Assembly (NCBI GenBank): GCA_950097015.1
Contig: CATNEN010000026.1
Location: 1,612,001-1,676,000 of the forward strand
Direction of reading: 5' to 3'
DNA length: 64,000 nt
Origin: Macrostomum hystrix
Lineage: Eukaryota; Animalia; Platyhelminthes
Shown one piece after another: positions 1-12,030 of this stretch. Position 1 is the stretch's first letter, and each line of letters begins with the position of its first letter. A model generated the notes under the pieces. That model was not told where the DNA came from, ran no database searches, and saw nothing but the letters and a program-made list of their open reading frames with translations. The translations under genes were made by a program, and so were the position numbers.

Positions 1-515
1 TCTGAATGTTATCCCTTCATTCTGAATATTATCCCTTAAGTCAGAATATTATCCCTTCAGTCTGAATGTTATCCCTTCAGTCTGAATATTATCCCTTCAG
101 TCTGAATATTATCCCTTCAGTCTGAATATTATCCCTTCAGTCTGAATATTATCCCTTCAGTCTGAATATTATCCCTTCAGTCTGAATGTTATCCCTTCAG
201 TCTGAATGTTATCCCTTCATTCTGAATGTTATCCCTTCATTCTGAATATTATCCCTTCAGTCTGAATATTATCCCTTCAGTCTGAATGTTATCCCTTCAG
301 TCTGAATGTTATCCCTTCATTCTGAATGTTATCCCTTCATTCTGAATATTATCCCTTCAGTCTGAATATTATCCCTTCATTCTGAATGTTATCCCTTCAG
401 TCTGAATATTATCCCTTCATTCTGAATATTATCCCTTCAGTCTGAATATTATCCCTTCAGTCTGAATGTTATCCCTTCAGTCTGAATATTATCCCTTCAG
501 TCTGAATATTATCAG
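1..515. repeat. 20-bp minisatellite (tctgaatattatcccttcag)n, about 25 copies, runs off window start
   Basis: Direct reading; variants tctgaatgtt and ccttcat. Confidence 0.97.
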
Positions 516-1191
516 TCTGATTAGTTCTGGACATACGATTTCTAATGTAAAGGCCAAATCTCAAATGGAACCCTCTGCAAACATGCCAGAGTGAGGACAT
601 TGCATTAATCAGTTCAGAAAGTTGTACATGTGATTAGGCTGCCCAGAAGATGGTGGTCTGGTGTGTGTTTCCTGCTATGCGACGGAACAAAGACAAGCCC
701 AACTCGCTATAGGTGGGTCATTGTTTAAGCTAGAGTTTGGGCCGCTTCTCAGACCACATTAATAATTTATTTATTGCTTGTCGGAGACTCCCACAGACCA
801 CCTTGAGGCTAAAAGTTGTCTCTCTTGGATGGAAAATCTAGGAGATCTCCCTGTGCTGATCATGAACAGTTTTTTTTCCAAGTTGTATGCTTTTTACTTG
901 CGTTTCAGGCCAGCCTCTCAACTGTATTCTCCATCCATTCCCTTTGTTCTAACTTTGTTTCCCATTCTATTGTTTCCCACCTGTTTCTGAGGCTTTTTTC
1001 TCCGGAGCTCCTGATCCTGAGACCTGGCCTGCTGTGCTCACCCAACTCCAACTTATTCGGCACTGATCTTCAGCTAAAATAGGTCCTATTTGCAGTTTCT
1101 TCCTAAATCGTGAGTTATGAAGTTCAGTTCTTTTATCCCTTTAGTGATACTTCTGGTGTCCGGTCATGGAATGGGAATGAAAAAATCTAAT

Positions 1192-1692
1192 AGAACAGAA
1201 CAGGACAGAGCAGGACAGAACAGGACAGGACAGGACAGAACAGGACAGAACAGGACAGGACAGAACAGAGCAGGATATAACAGAACAGGACAGAACAGGA
1301 CAGAACAGGACAGAACAGGACAGAACAGGACAGGACAGAACAGGACAGGACAGAACAGAACAGGACAGAACAGGACAGAACAGAACAGGACAGGACAGGA
1401 CAGAACAGGACAGGACAGGACAGAACAGAACAGGACAGGACAGGACAGAGCAGGATATAACAGAACAGGACAGAACAGGACAGAACAGGACAGAACAGGA
1501 CAGAACAGGACAGGACAGAACAGGACAGGACAGAACAGAACAGGACAGAACAGGACAGAACAGAACAGGACAGGACAGAACAGGACAGGACAGGACAGAA
1601 CAGAACAGGACAGGACAGGACAGAACAGGACAGGACAGGACAGAACAGAACAGGACAGAACAGGACAGAACAGAGCAGGACAGGACAGGACA
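1192..1692. repeat. Pentanucleotide microsatellite (acagg/acaga)n
   Basis: Direct reading; source of the spurious NRTGQ/SCPVL ORFs. Confidence 0.97.
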
Positions 1693-3596
1693 AGTCAGTT
1701 CCCGAATAAGAAAGCAAGATGAACAGACAGGCATTTCGGTCACAGTCGTGTGTGCAGACAATATCAGAGACCGGCCTCTCAAGAAGTCTGGAAGGCCAAG
1801 CGCAGGAGTTCAGTGTGTGGGAGGGGCCAGTCTGGGAGTCTGGTCCAGATGAAGCTGTGATATCGATAGCCTGTGTAAACTGACTAGCCGGATAGGTTTG
1901 AGTATAGAGTGGGGGCTGAATATTTGTGGCGCCGTGTGATTTCTGCGTGCAATTCCCCAGCTACACCTGGGCCAGTGGAGGCGGTGGAGCGGTGGATAGT
2001 CGAGGAGCAGTTGTTGAGGGGGGGTGGCAGCTGATTAAAGTTTCAGAAGCTTGTCTGCAGAGCGGACGAGGGAGGGGAGAATGAGCTCGCATGGTCCCCG
2101 GCATATTTTATCCCTCTCATTCCCGGTGATGTTCCCAATCCAAAAACGGTGTGTTTGTCACCGAGGCACCGGCCCCACAATCAGCAGTTCCATACAGCTG
2201 GCCCGCTCCGATCTATAATGAAATCTCAGCCGTGGGCGGGCGGGCCTAAAGCCATGAAAGTCGCACGGATCTCAGGAGTGAGTGAGGCCTGGGGTGGGCG
2301 GCAAACTCAATTTGGGCTGCTCTAGAAAGGTATGAGATAAGCTCGCACTCCTGAAGTCTCCAATGACGCCATTATCTATAAGGTAGGGTGGAATGGAGTT
2401 GGGTTGCATAACCTCAGAGGCAGCTTGGCAAATTAAGAATCTGAGCACAGGATAGGTCAGTGATGCGCTTCGTTTAGAGGCCTCTTCAGTTGTCTCTTCT
2501 TTCGCAGCAAAGACAAAAGCCTTCGAACATTGGCTGCACGCTGAGTCACTCTGCATAGAACTTGATCGTGTACTCATCTTGGCCAGCACGCAGGTAGAGA
2601 ATAATGCTGAGGTGCGCGCGAAAGCGAGACAATTCTGTCTTGCGCATTTCCTGTAAAGGGGAAAATGCGTTTTTTCTCCTCGCAACAAGCTGGAGACCGA
2701 GGCTGAGAGGGGAGAGAAGGAAGAGAGACAAGGAAAAGCAGGGAAATGTTTTAGGCACAACAATGGCAGTGCCCACTTCCTCTCGTGCTCACTGCTGCCA
2801 CACCACAGAGCCCCGACCCCCGCTGCTGGAGCTGTCCTGTTCTCAAAACAACAACCTGGAAGAGACAGGCAGACAGAAGCAGGCGGGAATTTCTTGATTA
2901 ACCGCCTTAAACACAGTCGGGACTGAGTAGAGGATCGGTTGAGCGTGCACTCGACAGGAAGTGACTCTCGCATGTTGCGCCACTGCTGTTGCTTTCTCCT
3001 CTTACCCAGCTCAAATCCCAATACTGTGCTCAGTGCTCCGCTGGGAATTGAGTAACTTAGCAAAGTTGTATCAACATATGGCTCGGGGCTATGTGCTGTG
3101 ACGCGATAAGTCCTGCTATTTGCGCCAGTTCAAGTGAAGTGGGACAAGACACTCATCCTTCAGTTTTATTGACACCTCAAAATGTCTGAAAATAAAATAC
3201 TTAAACGGCGGGCCAAACTGGAAATTAATCCCAGGAGGAACATTACAGTTTGGATTTGGAAATTTCCCTCCTGATTGCAGCACGATCTGCAGCTACCAGA
3301 GTGAGAAGCTTGTCGTGAGTAGCCTTGGCGCTTGGGGTGTGAATTCTTGCTCAGTTCCAGGAAATGCAGCGGTAGAATAAGAAACGACTTTCGGGGGCAT
3401 TGGCAGATAATCATAAAAGCAGAAGAGAGAGAAGAGTAGCGAACAGGGGGGGTCCGGAAGAAGAAGATTTTTGAAGCCGAGCAATATCTGAAGCCACTGG
3501 CGCCTCCAGCGAGCGGATCCACCGGGAGACGCCGGCTCGCTGCAATTTTACGTGACTGGGAAATCAAATGAGGAACTGTTCCACCCGCAGCCATGG

Positions 3597-3618
3597 CCAC
3601 ACACACACACACACACAC
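3597..3618. repeat. (CA)n microsatellite
   Basis: cacacacacacacacacacaca. Confidence 0.9.
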
Positions 3619-4259
3619 ATTACTCATCCCCGAGCATTGTTTGTGCTCAAGCGCCGCTTTCTCTCGAGGAGAGCAGAGTTTTGGGACTTCTCTGTGTCCT
3701 CCTGGGACGGGATGGAGGGCCTGACGGTTGAATAAGGGAAGGACAAGTCTTGCATGCGCCCGATTAAAATTCATTAGCATGACCCTCTGTCCACGATTTC
3801 TGCTGCGTGAGATTTGCACGATTTGCAGATTTCAGAGCGAGTTTTTGCTCTTTTGCCAGCTTCTTCTTTGATGAGAGAAGATGATGAGGTAAAAGATGAA
3901 GAGAATATTGCGGCAGCTTTGTTCCTCAAATTGACGCTAGCTCATTCCGCTCGTCGATACGTGAGTCTAATTGCGCCTCGCCTTTGTCTGAGCTGTAGCT
4001 GACATCACGTAGTAGATTTTTGCAGCTTTGAGTATGAATGGCGGTGCAATGCGCAAAGAAAATAATGTTATTCAGTGAAAGACTAAAAATGATCGAATCA
4101 AGACATGGAACTTTCAATCGTGCGAGTGAGTGGCTGCGGCTTTTCGCCTATGAGGGCCAACCCCAAGTCAGAGTGCTTGAGAACACAGCCTCGATAGGAA
4201 TTCATTACCCAAACACAACATCACGCAGGTGAGCGCATCTTAAAAGTGCACGCCAAGCC

Positions 4260-7200
4260 ATGCCTCATCAGCGAGCTCTAATCCTGCAGCTACTGACTGC
4301 TTCAACTGTTTTGGCGGCAGCCGCAATCGACATCGCCGACAATACGCCGTCGGGAACGATCATTGCCGATCTGCGCTCCTACCTGCCGCCTGGCGGAGTC
4401 GTCGGGGAGCCCGTCAGTTTGAAGATCCTCAATCCGGGCGATCCCATTGTCGACTGCTTGGCAATCAACGCCACGAAGCTCTATGCCAGGCGCTTGGTGG
4501 ACAGGGACAATCTCTGCCGGGAGCCGCTGAGAAAGATCTACGCCAGGCAGTGCTGCCTCCTAGCTGAGCCGTGCGAGATCCGACTCAAGCTGTCCTACTC
4601 CGTCGATGGATCGCCGGCGTCGGTTCCTGACCTGCCGCTTCGTCTGTTGGATGCCAACGACAACGCGCCGAAATTCAGACGCTCCAATTTGGAGGTGTAC
4701 GTCAACGAGGGCGATCTGGGCCGGATTGACCGAGAGGAGTTTCTGGCGGCGGATCCGGATCAGGGCGACAACGCCAGGCTGACCTACCGTCTAGAGTCCG
4801 ACGAAGAGATGCCCTTTGCGTTGAAGAGCAGCGACAGACGGCCGGTTGCCGTGGAAACGATTCACGCCCTTGATAGGGAGACTAAGGATCGGTGAGTGCG
4901 TTTTACCTACTGTGACAGCTCAATCCTGAGATTCAGGAGCTGTGACAGCTCAATCTTGGGAGTCAGGAGCTGTGGCAGCTCAATCTTGGGAGTCAGGAGC
5001 TGTGGCAGCTCAATCTTGGGAGTCAGGAGCTGTGGCAGCTCAATTCTCGGAGCCAGGAGCTGTGGCAGCTCATACATAAAAATGAGGATTCAACAATCCT
5101 TTGTCGATCTCACCTGTCCAGGTACACACTCCGTCTCCTAGCAATCGACCGGGGCAGTCCTCAGCTCACGGGCACTTTGTCGCTCACTGTCCTGGTGCTG
5201 GACATCAACGATGAGACGCCGACATTTGAGCAGGCTGTGTACGCGGCCACAGTGTCAGAGATCGCCCCGCCGAAGAGTTCCGTGATCAAGGTGCGCGCAA
5301 TTGACCGAGACCAGGGCGACAACGGCTACGTGGACTACAGAATTAGCCCGGGTGACTTTGCCAGCTACTTCTCCGTGTCCCGTCAGCGAGACGGCTCTGG
5401 ACTGGTGGCCCTAGAGCACAGGTTAGACGCTGATCAGCTGACTCAGCGGGATCGAAAGATTGACGTGTTCATTGTGGCCACTGACCGCGGCAGTAAGTCT
5501 GCAAGGAGCTCGGAGGTGCGACTCGAAGTCACGGTTCTGGATGTCAATGACGAGAAACCCATTGTGAGCAGCTCTGGCAGTTAAATTTGAACTTTTAGAT
5601 TTAAATCATCATTTTTACGAGCTAGTTTTCATCTATTGCGTTGCCTGTTGATCAAGTGGTAGTTAACGATCAAAATATCAAAATAGTTAAGTTATCAAAA
5701 TATTTAACGATAGCCGACATGATTACTGTTGAAATTTTGTGAGCAGAAAAATGGTGCCCATATTTGGTGGTATTTGAATCGTTGAATATCTCGATGTTTT
5801 GTGATCCTGAAAGTTATTTCATCGGATCGAGCGGAAAAACTTAGCCGGTTGAATATTTTAGAGTTGGTTGAATATTTTAGAAGATAAAAAAGGAAAAACG
5901 TGGGTACTTGTTATAAGTCGTAATCGTTCTACTGTTAAATAGCAACATTAGGAATTAAAACACCCTCGTTTTGCCAGGTCAAGATAATGCCGCTGAGCGA
6001 CCAGGTGCCAGAGAACAGCCAGGACATTCCCGTGGCCAAGGTGGAAGTGAACGATCGCGACTCCGACCTAGCCAGCATCCAATGCCACGTTGATAGTCTC
6101 GACAATGTCGGCGCCGACAGCTTCGAGTTGCGTGACGACACCTCCCTGCCGTTGTCATCGCGCAATCTCGCCGGCCAGCAGAGCCGCGGCTTCATCCTGC
6201 GAGTCAAGCAGCCGCTGGATCGCGAGCGCCAGCCGTTGGTCCACCTGCTCGTCGTGTGCGCCGACTCTGGCGGGCTCAACGGAACCGCCGCCGTTCGCCT
6301 TCGCGTCGCTGATCAGAACGACAATCCGCCCAGCTTCCCTAGTGGTGGCTTCCGCTTCCAGCTGCCGGAGAACACCCCGGTGCCTCCCGCCGAGTTCCGG
6401 ATCGGCATTGTGGAGGCTCGCGACCCGGACGAAGGTGTCAACGCGCGTGTCTCCTACTCGCTAGAGCCGTCGGCCGATTCCGCAGCCTTCCGATTGGACT
6501 CGGAGTCGGGGCAGGTGTTCGCCATGCAGCCCTGGGACAGGGAGGAGCTCCTTCGACGGTCGGTGGCTACTGGCGGACCCAGACAGGCGCAGGTATGTTG
6601 CCACCTAATTTCAAGTAAAACATATTTCAGGAATGCCGGAAAGACCTCTAGGCTCGTTCACACAATGCCATCAAAAGAGGTTGCAACATACGATTGCATT
6701 TTTTTTTGTGCCGAACAATAGTGAATGATTGGGTCAGATGTGCAGCCGACAGCACAGCCGCAGCTATTCCGCAGCGCATCTGAAGGCTGGGTACGGCTGT
6801 TCAGTCCTATGGACTGGAAGACGCCACACCCACCCTAAATTACCCCAACTGATTTTGGTACCCATTTAAGAGCTGGTTGAGCTGAAGCAATGCAGAGTTT
6901 AGTGTATTGTTATAGGATACAAATCGTTCCAGTGGAGTCGGGAATCGAACCTCCGACCTTAGACAACAACCACCAGGTAAGCTGATTGCTACTAAAGCTA
7001 TTGTAGTATTTGAGTATTAGGATTGAGATTGCGTATTGTCGCATACAAATGTAACAAACAAAATCCAAACTGGCAAAAGTTTCCGAATGTTCTCAGATTC
7101 TGATGTCCTATTCTGATCGAATAATAAAACCCGAATACCCCATCTGCCCAGGTGATTCTCACAGTAACCGCCACAGACTCGAATCCGGAGCATCGCGACT

Positions 7201-10200
7201 CGACCAGAGTGCTGGTTGTCATTGGCAACGTGAACGACAACCCGCCTCAGTTCGACCGGCGCGAGTACAACTTCCGGGCATCGGAGAACTCGCCAGCCGG
7301 TCGCGAGGTCGGCCGCATCCAGGCAACCGACGCAGACGACGAAGGAGATTCTTCGGCTCTGGGACTCATCGACTACGTCATCGTTGGCGCCGAAGAAGAG
7401 CCGATGGAGTCAAGAAAGCTTCAATTGGAGGCGCAGCGCAGCTTCAGGCTGGACAGGCGGACGGGCCGGTTGAGCCTGGCGCGGGTGCTGGACCGAGAGG
7501 CGCAGGCCACTTTTGTGTTTCGCGTAGCTGCTATAGACGGCGGTGGGGGAGGCGGTTTAGGAGGCCGATTAACTGGAACCGCCACCGTCACGGTGGAGGT
7601 CGACGACGAAAATGACTGCGATCCCCAGATTGTCAAGGTGATTTTAGGCTATTTAAATAGATAATTTCCTATTTGTATTGTTATTGGAGTCTCATGATAC
7701 ACTTCTACGCCAACCACAGCCACTAGCCGACCAAGTGTTCGACGTGCCGTCGTCAACGAAGCCGGGCCGCACGCTGCTCACAATTCAAGCTGTGGACAAT
7801 GATACCGGGCCCAATGCGCGGCTGGAGTACAGCCTGGCATCTGCGGACACGGACGCCATCAGCGTGGACCCCGGCAGCGGGACTGTGCTGGTGACGAGGC
7901 CGCTGGGGCCTCCCGGAGTGACCTTTCGAGCTACCCTGGAGGCCAGAGACTGCGGCAGTCCGCCCAGATTCGCTCGAGTTCGGGTCGCCTTTCGCGTCTC
8001 GCCGGGCTCAGCCACATCGGATGGCGGCGAGTCGGACGCTTCGGGTGTCGACAACGCAGTCGACAAGCGCAACGGCGGTCGCGGCGGCGGCCTCTCATCC
8101 GGTCGGAGTCCGTCGACGCGGGCCGTGCTGCTTCTGGGCTTGCTGCTGCTCCTGCTGCTGCTGCTGGCAGCCTCCGCCGCTGTCGCCGTCGCCCTGCTGC
8201 GGCCGTGCCAGCAAAGGCGAGGTGGCGACCCAGGCGGCGATGCAAGACATCAAAGGCGGCCGCCGATCGGGGAAGCGGCGATGCTCGGCGAATCCTCCGA
8301 GGCGGCCAGCTCAGCGGCGGTGCTTTCGAAGTGCGGATTCGATTCAGCGAAGGCTCTTCTACCAGGGCGAGGTGAGGCTTCTCTCACTGAAGTGCCCCCT
8401 CAACTCAACCATAAACCGCCCGATAATGAGGAAGCTTCAGATGCCAGTAGCTACTAAAACTCATTGATTACGAAATTCAATATTGGTGATCACGCATTAA
8501 CATCCCAATTTTCGGTGTGAACTCAATCAGCTCCTAAACTATAGATTCCCCCAGTCACAAATACGTTATCATAGGATCGATTATTGAGTCTTAAGATAAT
8601 TGCATTGTTTAACGACTTGTTGATTCCATTTTCAGAAGTTGGCATGTACGACACTTCGTTTGGCCATGCGGAGGTAAGAGTCTGACGGTTCGGTTTCATT
8701 GGTTTATTCATACGTTCCTTAGTGTCTATTTACTCTTGTGATTCACAATCAAAGTTTTTTTCAATTGCAGCAGCAATACAATCTGATTCAAGGAACGATG
8801 CGATATGCGCCTGATCGAGATGGCGACGAATGTAAGTTTATTGATTATTGGTCAGTTTGCTCGTTTGTGTGCTGTCGTTGGCATCGAGTTTTGACCATAG
8901 ACTATTAAACCTGGGTACTTTAACAGTAGGACTACCAAGCCATTTTGCCGCCCGTTTTTATACCAAGGGGGGGGATTTTTTCCCTTTTTTTTGCTGCACC
9001 CGAACGGAACAATGCAAGCACACGAAACTCAAGAACACGGGCCAACTTTTTGTTGCGCATCTTCTGAAACAAGAAACAAGTCGCCAGCCCTTCAGACTGT
9101 CGAGATATTCAATGTTTCTGGCCGAAGGTCCGATTTTTCCCATACGAGCTAGTGTATTTGATACACCCCTATACACGAATTTGCACTGCGCCTCAGTGCG
9201 GCATTGCCAGGCCTTCAAACTTTATCAGCATGTCACCCGAATGTGCTTGCATCATCTCCGACTTCGGCGGTCACCGACCTTTATCTAGGCGGAGCTGCTG
9301 GACCTTCAACAAGTGGCACCAGCCGACTATGGAGTCGGTGACCGCCGAAGTCGGAGATGATGCAAGCACATTCGGGTGACATGCTGATAAAGTTTGAAGG
9401 TCTGGAAAGGCCGCACTGAGGCGCAGTGCAAATTCGTGTATAGGGGTGTATGAAATACACTAGCTCTTATGGGAAAAATCGGACCTTCGGCCAGAAACAT
9501 TGAATATCTCGACGGTCTGAAGAGCTGGCGACTTGTTTCTTGTTTCAGAAGATGCGCAACAAAAAGTTGGCCCGTGTTCTTGAGTTTCGTGTGCTTGTAT
9601 GGTTCCGTTCGGGTGCAGCAAAAAAATTGTCAGGGGGGAAATTCCCCCCCCCCTTGGTAGTTCTACTGTTAATAAACAAGTTCTCGTCTCACTTCATATG
9701 AGTATAATGAACACTTGCTTCTTTAATTGGCCCAATCCTTTCTGGCCTCTCATCATCTCCCTCCTAACTCACCAACCCTGCCTAATACATCATTTCTGCT
9801 CAAGCAGTTGCGCTCAGTTTTAGCCACCCTTCAATAGTAATCGAGCTGGAGTCCTAATTGCAATTGATTTCCAATCGCGTGGATCTGTTGCCCCATTTAC
9901 CACTCGCTATACCTTTCTTTGCATGTGCGCCCGAGTATTTGGTGTCTGCAATTGCTAAGGCTTGAAGCTATAGCCAAAGGATTGTGGGCGAGTGGCTAAT
10001 CATTGTTGAAATGTGATCACTGTAGGTTTAGTACTTTGCGGGCTGGCCAAGGTCTGAACTCTTCTGACAGTTAAATATATTCTACAATCTGTTTTATCTG
10101 TTTTTCTAATACTATATCCGCTAGGATATAGGCAGTTAGATTCAGCACAGGAAGATAGATTAATAGTGGTCGTGACAGAGGGGTTCCTACAGACTGAAAT

Positions 10201-10669
10201 GTAGTGTGTAGCCAATCATTGCATTCCACAAGCGAACAGTAGAAAGCGCACCACAATTTTCACAGTTCATCAAATGGTGCTGATTGGAGGAAGTTCAGAG
10301 CCTTATCAAAGCCTTCGCCAATCGCAGCAGCAGCCAAAGCAGTTGCAGCAGCAGCAGACAATGCAGCACGCGCACACGTACTATCAGATCGCATCAGCGT
10401 CAGCCTCCGCCTCAGCAGTGGCCTCTGGCTTTGCCACCATGGATAACAAACGGCACTGCCTGCGCCGAGGCGAAGCCGACGGCACCGTGGCGGCCGCAGT
10501 TCCAGGAGCCGGTGCCGCGCCCGCCGAACTCGACGAAGACTTTAGGCCGACGCCGCCGTTTTCTAATGTCGACGGCGGCGGTGGCAGCAGAAACAAACTG
10601 CCGACATCCGCGTCGACTGGACGAAAACCCACCCAGTTTAATCCCCACGCGTACGCTAGCTTTGTTTAG
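4260..10669 (+). CDS. Protocadherin: signal peptide, 7 cadherin repeats, TM helix, cytoplasmic tail; about 1109 aa
   Basis: Exons 4260-4891, 5122-5563, 5978-6592, 7152-7637, 7720-8371, 8636-8673, 8771-8831, 10266-10669, all GT-AG and phase-consistent. Calcium-binding linkers DANDNAP, DINDETP, DVNDEKP, DQNDNPP, NVNDNPP, DENDCDP; DRE/DRD motifs; Cys-containing EC1; TM AVLLLGLLLLLLLLLAASAAVAVALL. The three cytoplasmic exons are less certain than the ectodomain exons. Confidence 0.92.
4911..5072. repeat. 30-bp minisatellite (tgtggcagctcaatcttgggagtcaggagc) x about 5.5 in protocadherin intron 1
   Basis: Units start at 4911, 4941, 4971, 5001, 5031, 5061. Confidence 0.95.
5700..5939. mobile_element. 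Dispersed repeat fragment (probable non-autonomous DNA element) in protocadherin intron 2
   Basis: Shares gatagccgacatg, gaaattttgtgagca, gaatcgttgaatatctcga, tttcatcggat and gtgggtacttg with about 48855-49085; ends in gttctactgttaa like the 8924-9668 element. Confidence 0.6.
6729..6961 (-). mobile_element. tRNA-derived SINE family 1, head-truncated copy in protocadherin intron 3
   Basis: Aligns by eye with 32106-32370 and 33313-33602; B box GGTTCGATTCC on minus strand. Confidence 0.85.
8924..9668. mobile_element. Fold-back non-autonomous DNA transposon with about 320-bp inverted arms, in protocadherin intron 7
   Basis: Termini cagtaggactaccaag / cttggtagttctactg flanked by ttaa on both sides; arms 8963-9278 and 9334-9657 are reverse complements; related copy at 25000-25519. 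Confidence 0.88.
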
Positions 10670-11929
10670 AAGTCCCTCAATGACAGTCATTTGACATTGA
10701 GTCTCCTGCAGTATCAGAGAGATGAAAGTAAGTACTATGTACTTACTAACCACTATGTACTATAGAATTTTTTGTATTTGTCTAACAGCTTTCAAGAATA
10801 CTCATGCCCAGATACTGACCTAACCCTAAATTTTAATGACAACTGTATATATTGTTAAATTTGGACCATTGTATTCAACTCGCAGTGCTGCAACTGACAC
10901 ACCGGCATGGCTGTATGCTGTGCCAGTACAAACGTTTTTTTGCTTGCGTGACTTACGAGCTGCCCAGACTACATAAGATAGTCTGGTTGTTCTTTGTTAT
11001 TTCTTAATTTTGTTTGGAACACAAAAGATAGAAAACTGCCACACAGAACTCAGGCAGCGAAAGCTACGATCGGACCTGCCGTCTGGTTTCGTGTCTTCAT
11101 AAAGTTATCGTTGTGAGCTCTTTGTAGCTCGTACATCTTCCACGGTTGAGCTAATAAAAGGAAAGTAAAAAGAGCTGTAAGCGAGACATGGCATGAACTT
11201 TTTCGTAACTAAGATAACTTTTTGGAAGTTGTCGATTTAACATGTAATTTTGTTTTTTTATAATGAAATATAATATTTTATTCAGATTCTAAGTTCGATG
11301 CCCGAACAATTAAATTTAAGAAGGCAAGGCATCGAAAGGTTTTAGCGTCTAGACAGCTTATTTTCGCTTTCAGAATCAGACAAGGTCGTGATTTACCTGT
11401 TTAATGACAAGCTAGAGCTATACATGCTAGCATAGGAGCGTAGTTGAGATGCAACTGCATCATGGAATGCACTGCTTCATAATAATGCTGTGGTGTGTCG
11501 TCTTGAGTCTGGAGTCATAATTGCATGCACTTCGGCTAGCTACACACGCAACTTCGCATAGCAGTGATGTACCCCTATGGAACCGACGGCCCTCGATCCG
11601 AGGTCACAGCTGCCTAACATGTCAAGGGTCTTTGACATGAAAAGGCATGAAAGGGGTCGGACAAGAAAAGTATATAATTTGCAAACTCACAAGCAATGTT
11701 AAAACTGTGAGCATGCGAACATATCGGGAAGGTACCTGGGACTTTAAACTCGGGGTGAGTTCTACTCAATATAATGTGGCGGACAAGGAGATGGCAAAAT
11801 GGCAGTATGCTATAGGCTTCTACAAAACCTCCAGGGTGCTCTTAAGCCATGATCAAGGCGTACTCGATCAATTTACTGTGCCAACAATACTATAGAAAAT
11901 ACGTCGAAAAGAAAACGAGGCGATATAGG

Positions 11930-12030
11930 TGATTATGGTCGTCGAAACCGTCCTGCTTCACAACGCCGAGACCTGGACGCTGACAGAGACGCTGGAACGT
12001 CTAGTCGATGCGACGCACGCTGGCTTTAAA
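11930..12030 (+). mobile_element. Non-LTR retrotransposon (RTE-like) ORF2 C-terminal remnant
   Basis: Translates VETVLLHNAETWTLTETLERLVDATHAG, matching the remnant at 16230. Confidence 0.7.

Noticed and set aside
1117-1782. NRTGQ / SCPVL repeat ORFs
   Set aside because: Pentanucleotide microsatellite open in several frames on both strands.
2272-3819. Minus-strand ORFs of 263 and 217 aa
   Set aside because: No recognisable domain; a weak IGDF resemblance to LINE endonuclease was not supported by neighbouring motifs.
11618-11639. 8-bp stem hairpin catgtcaa...ttgacatg
   Set aside because: No downstream CTRR or other Helitron feature; plausible by chance.
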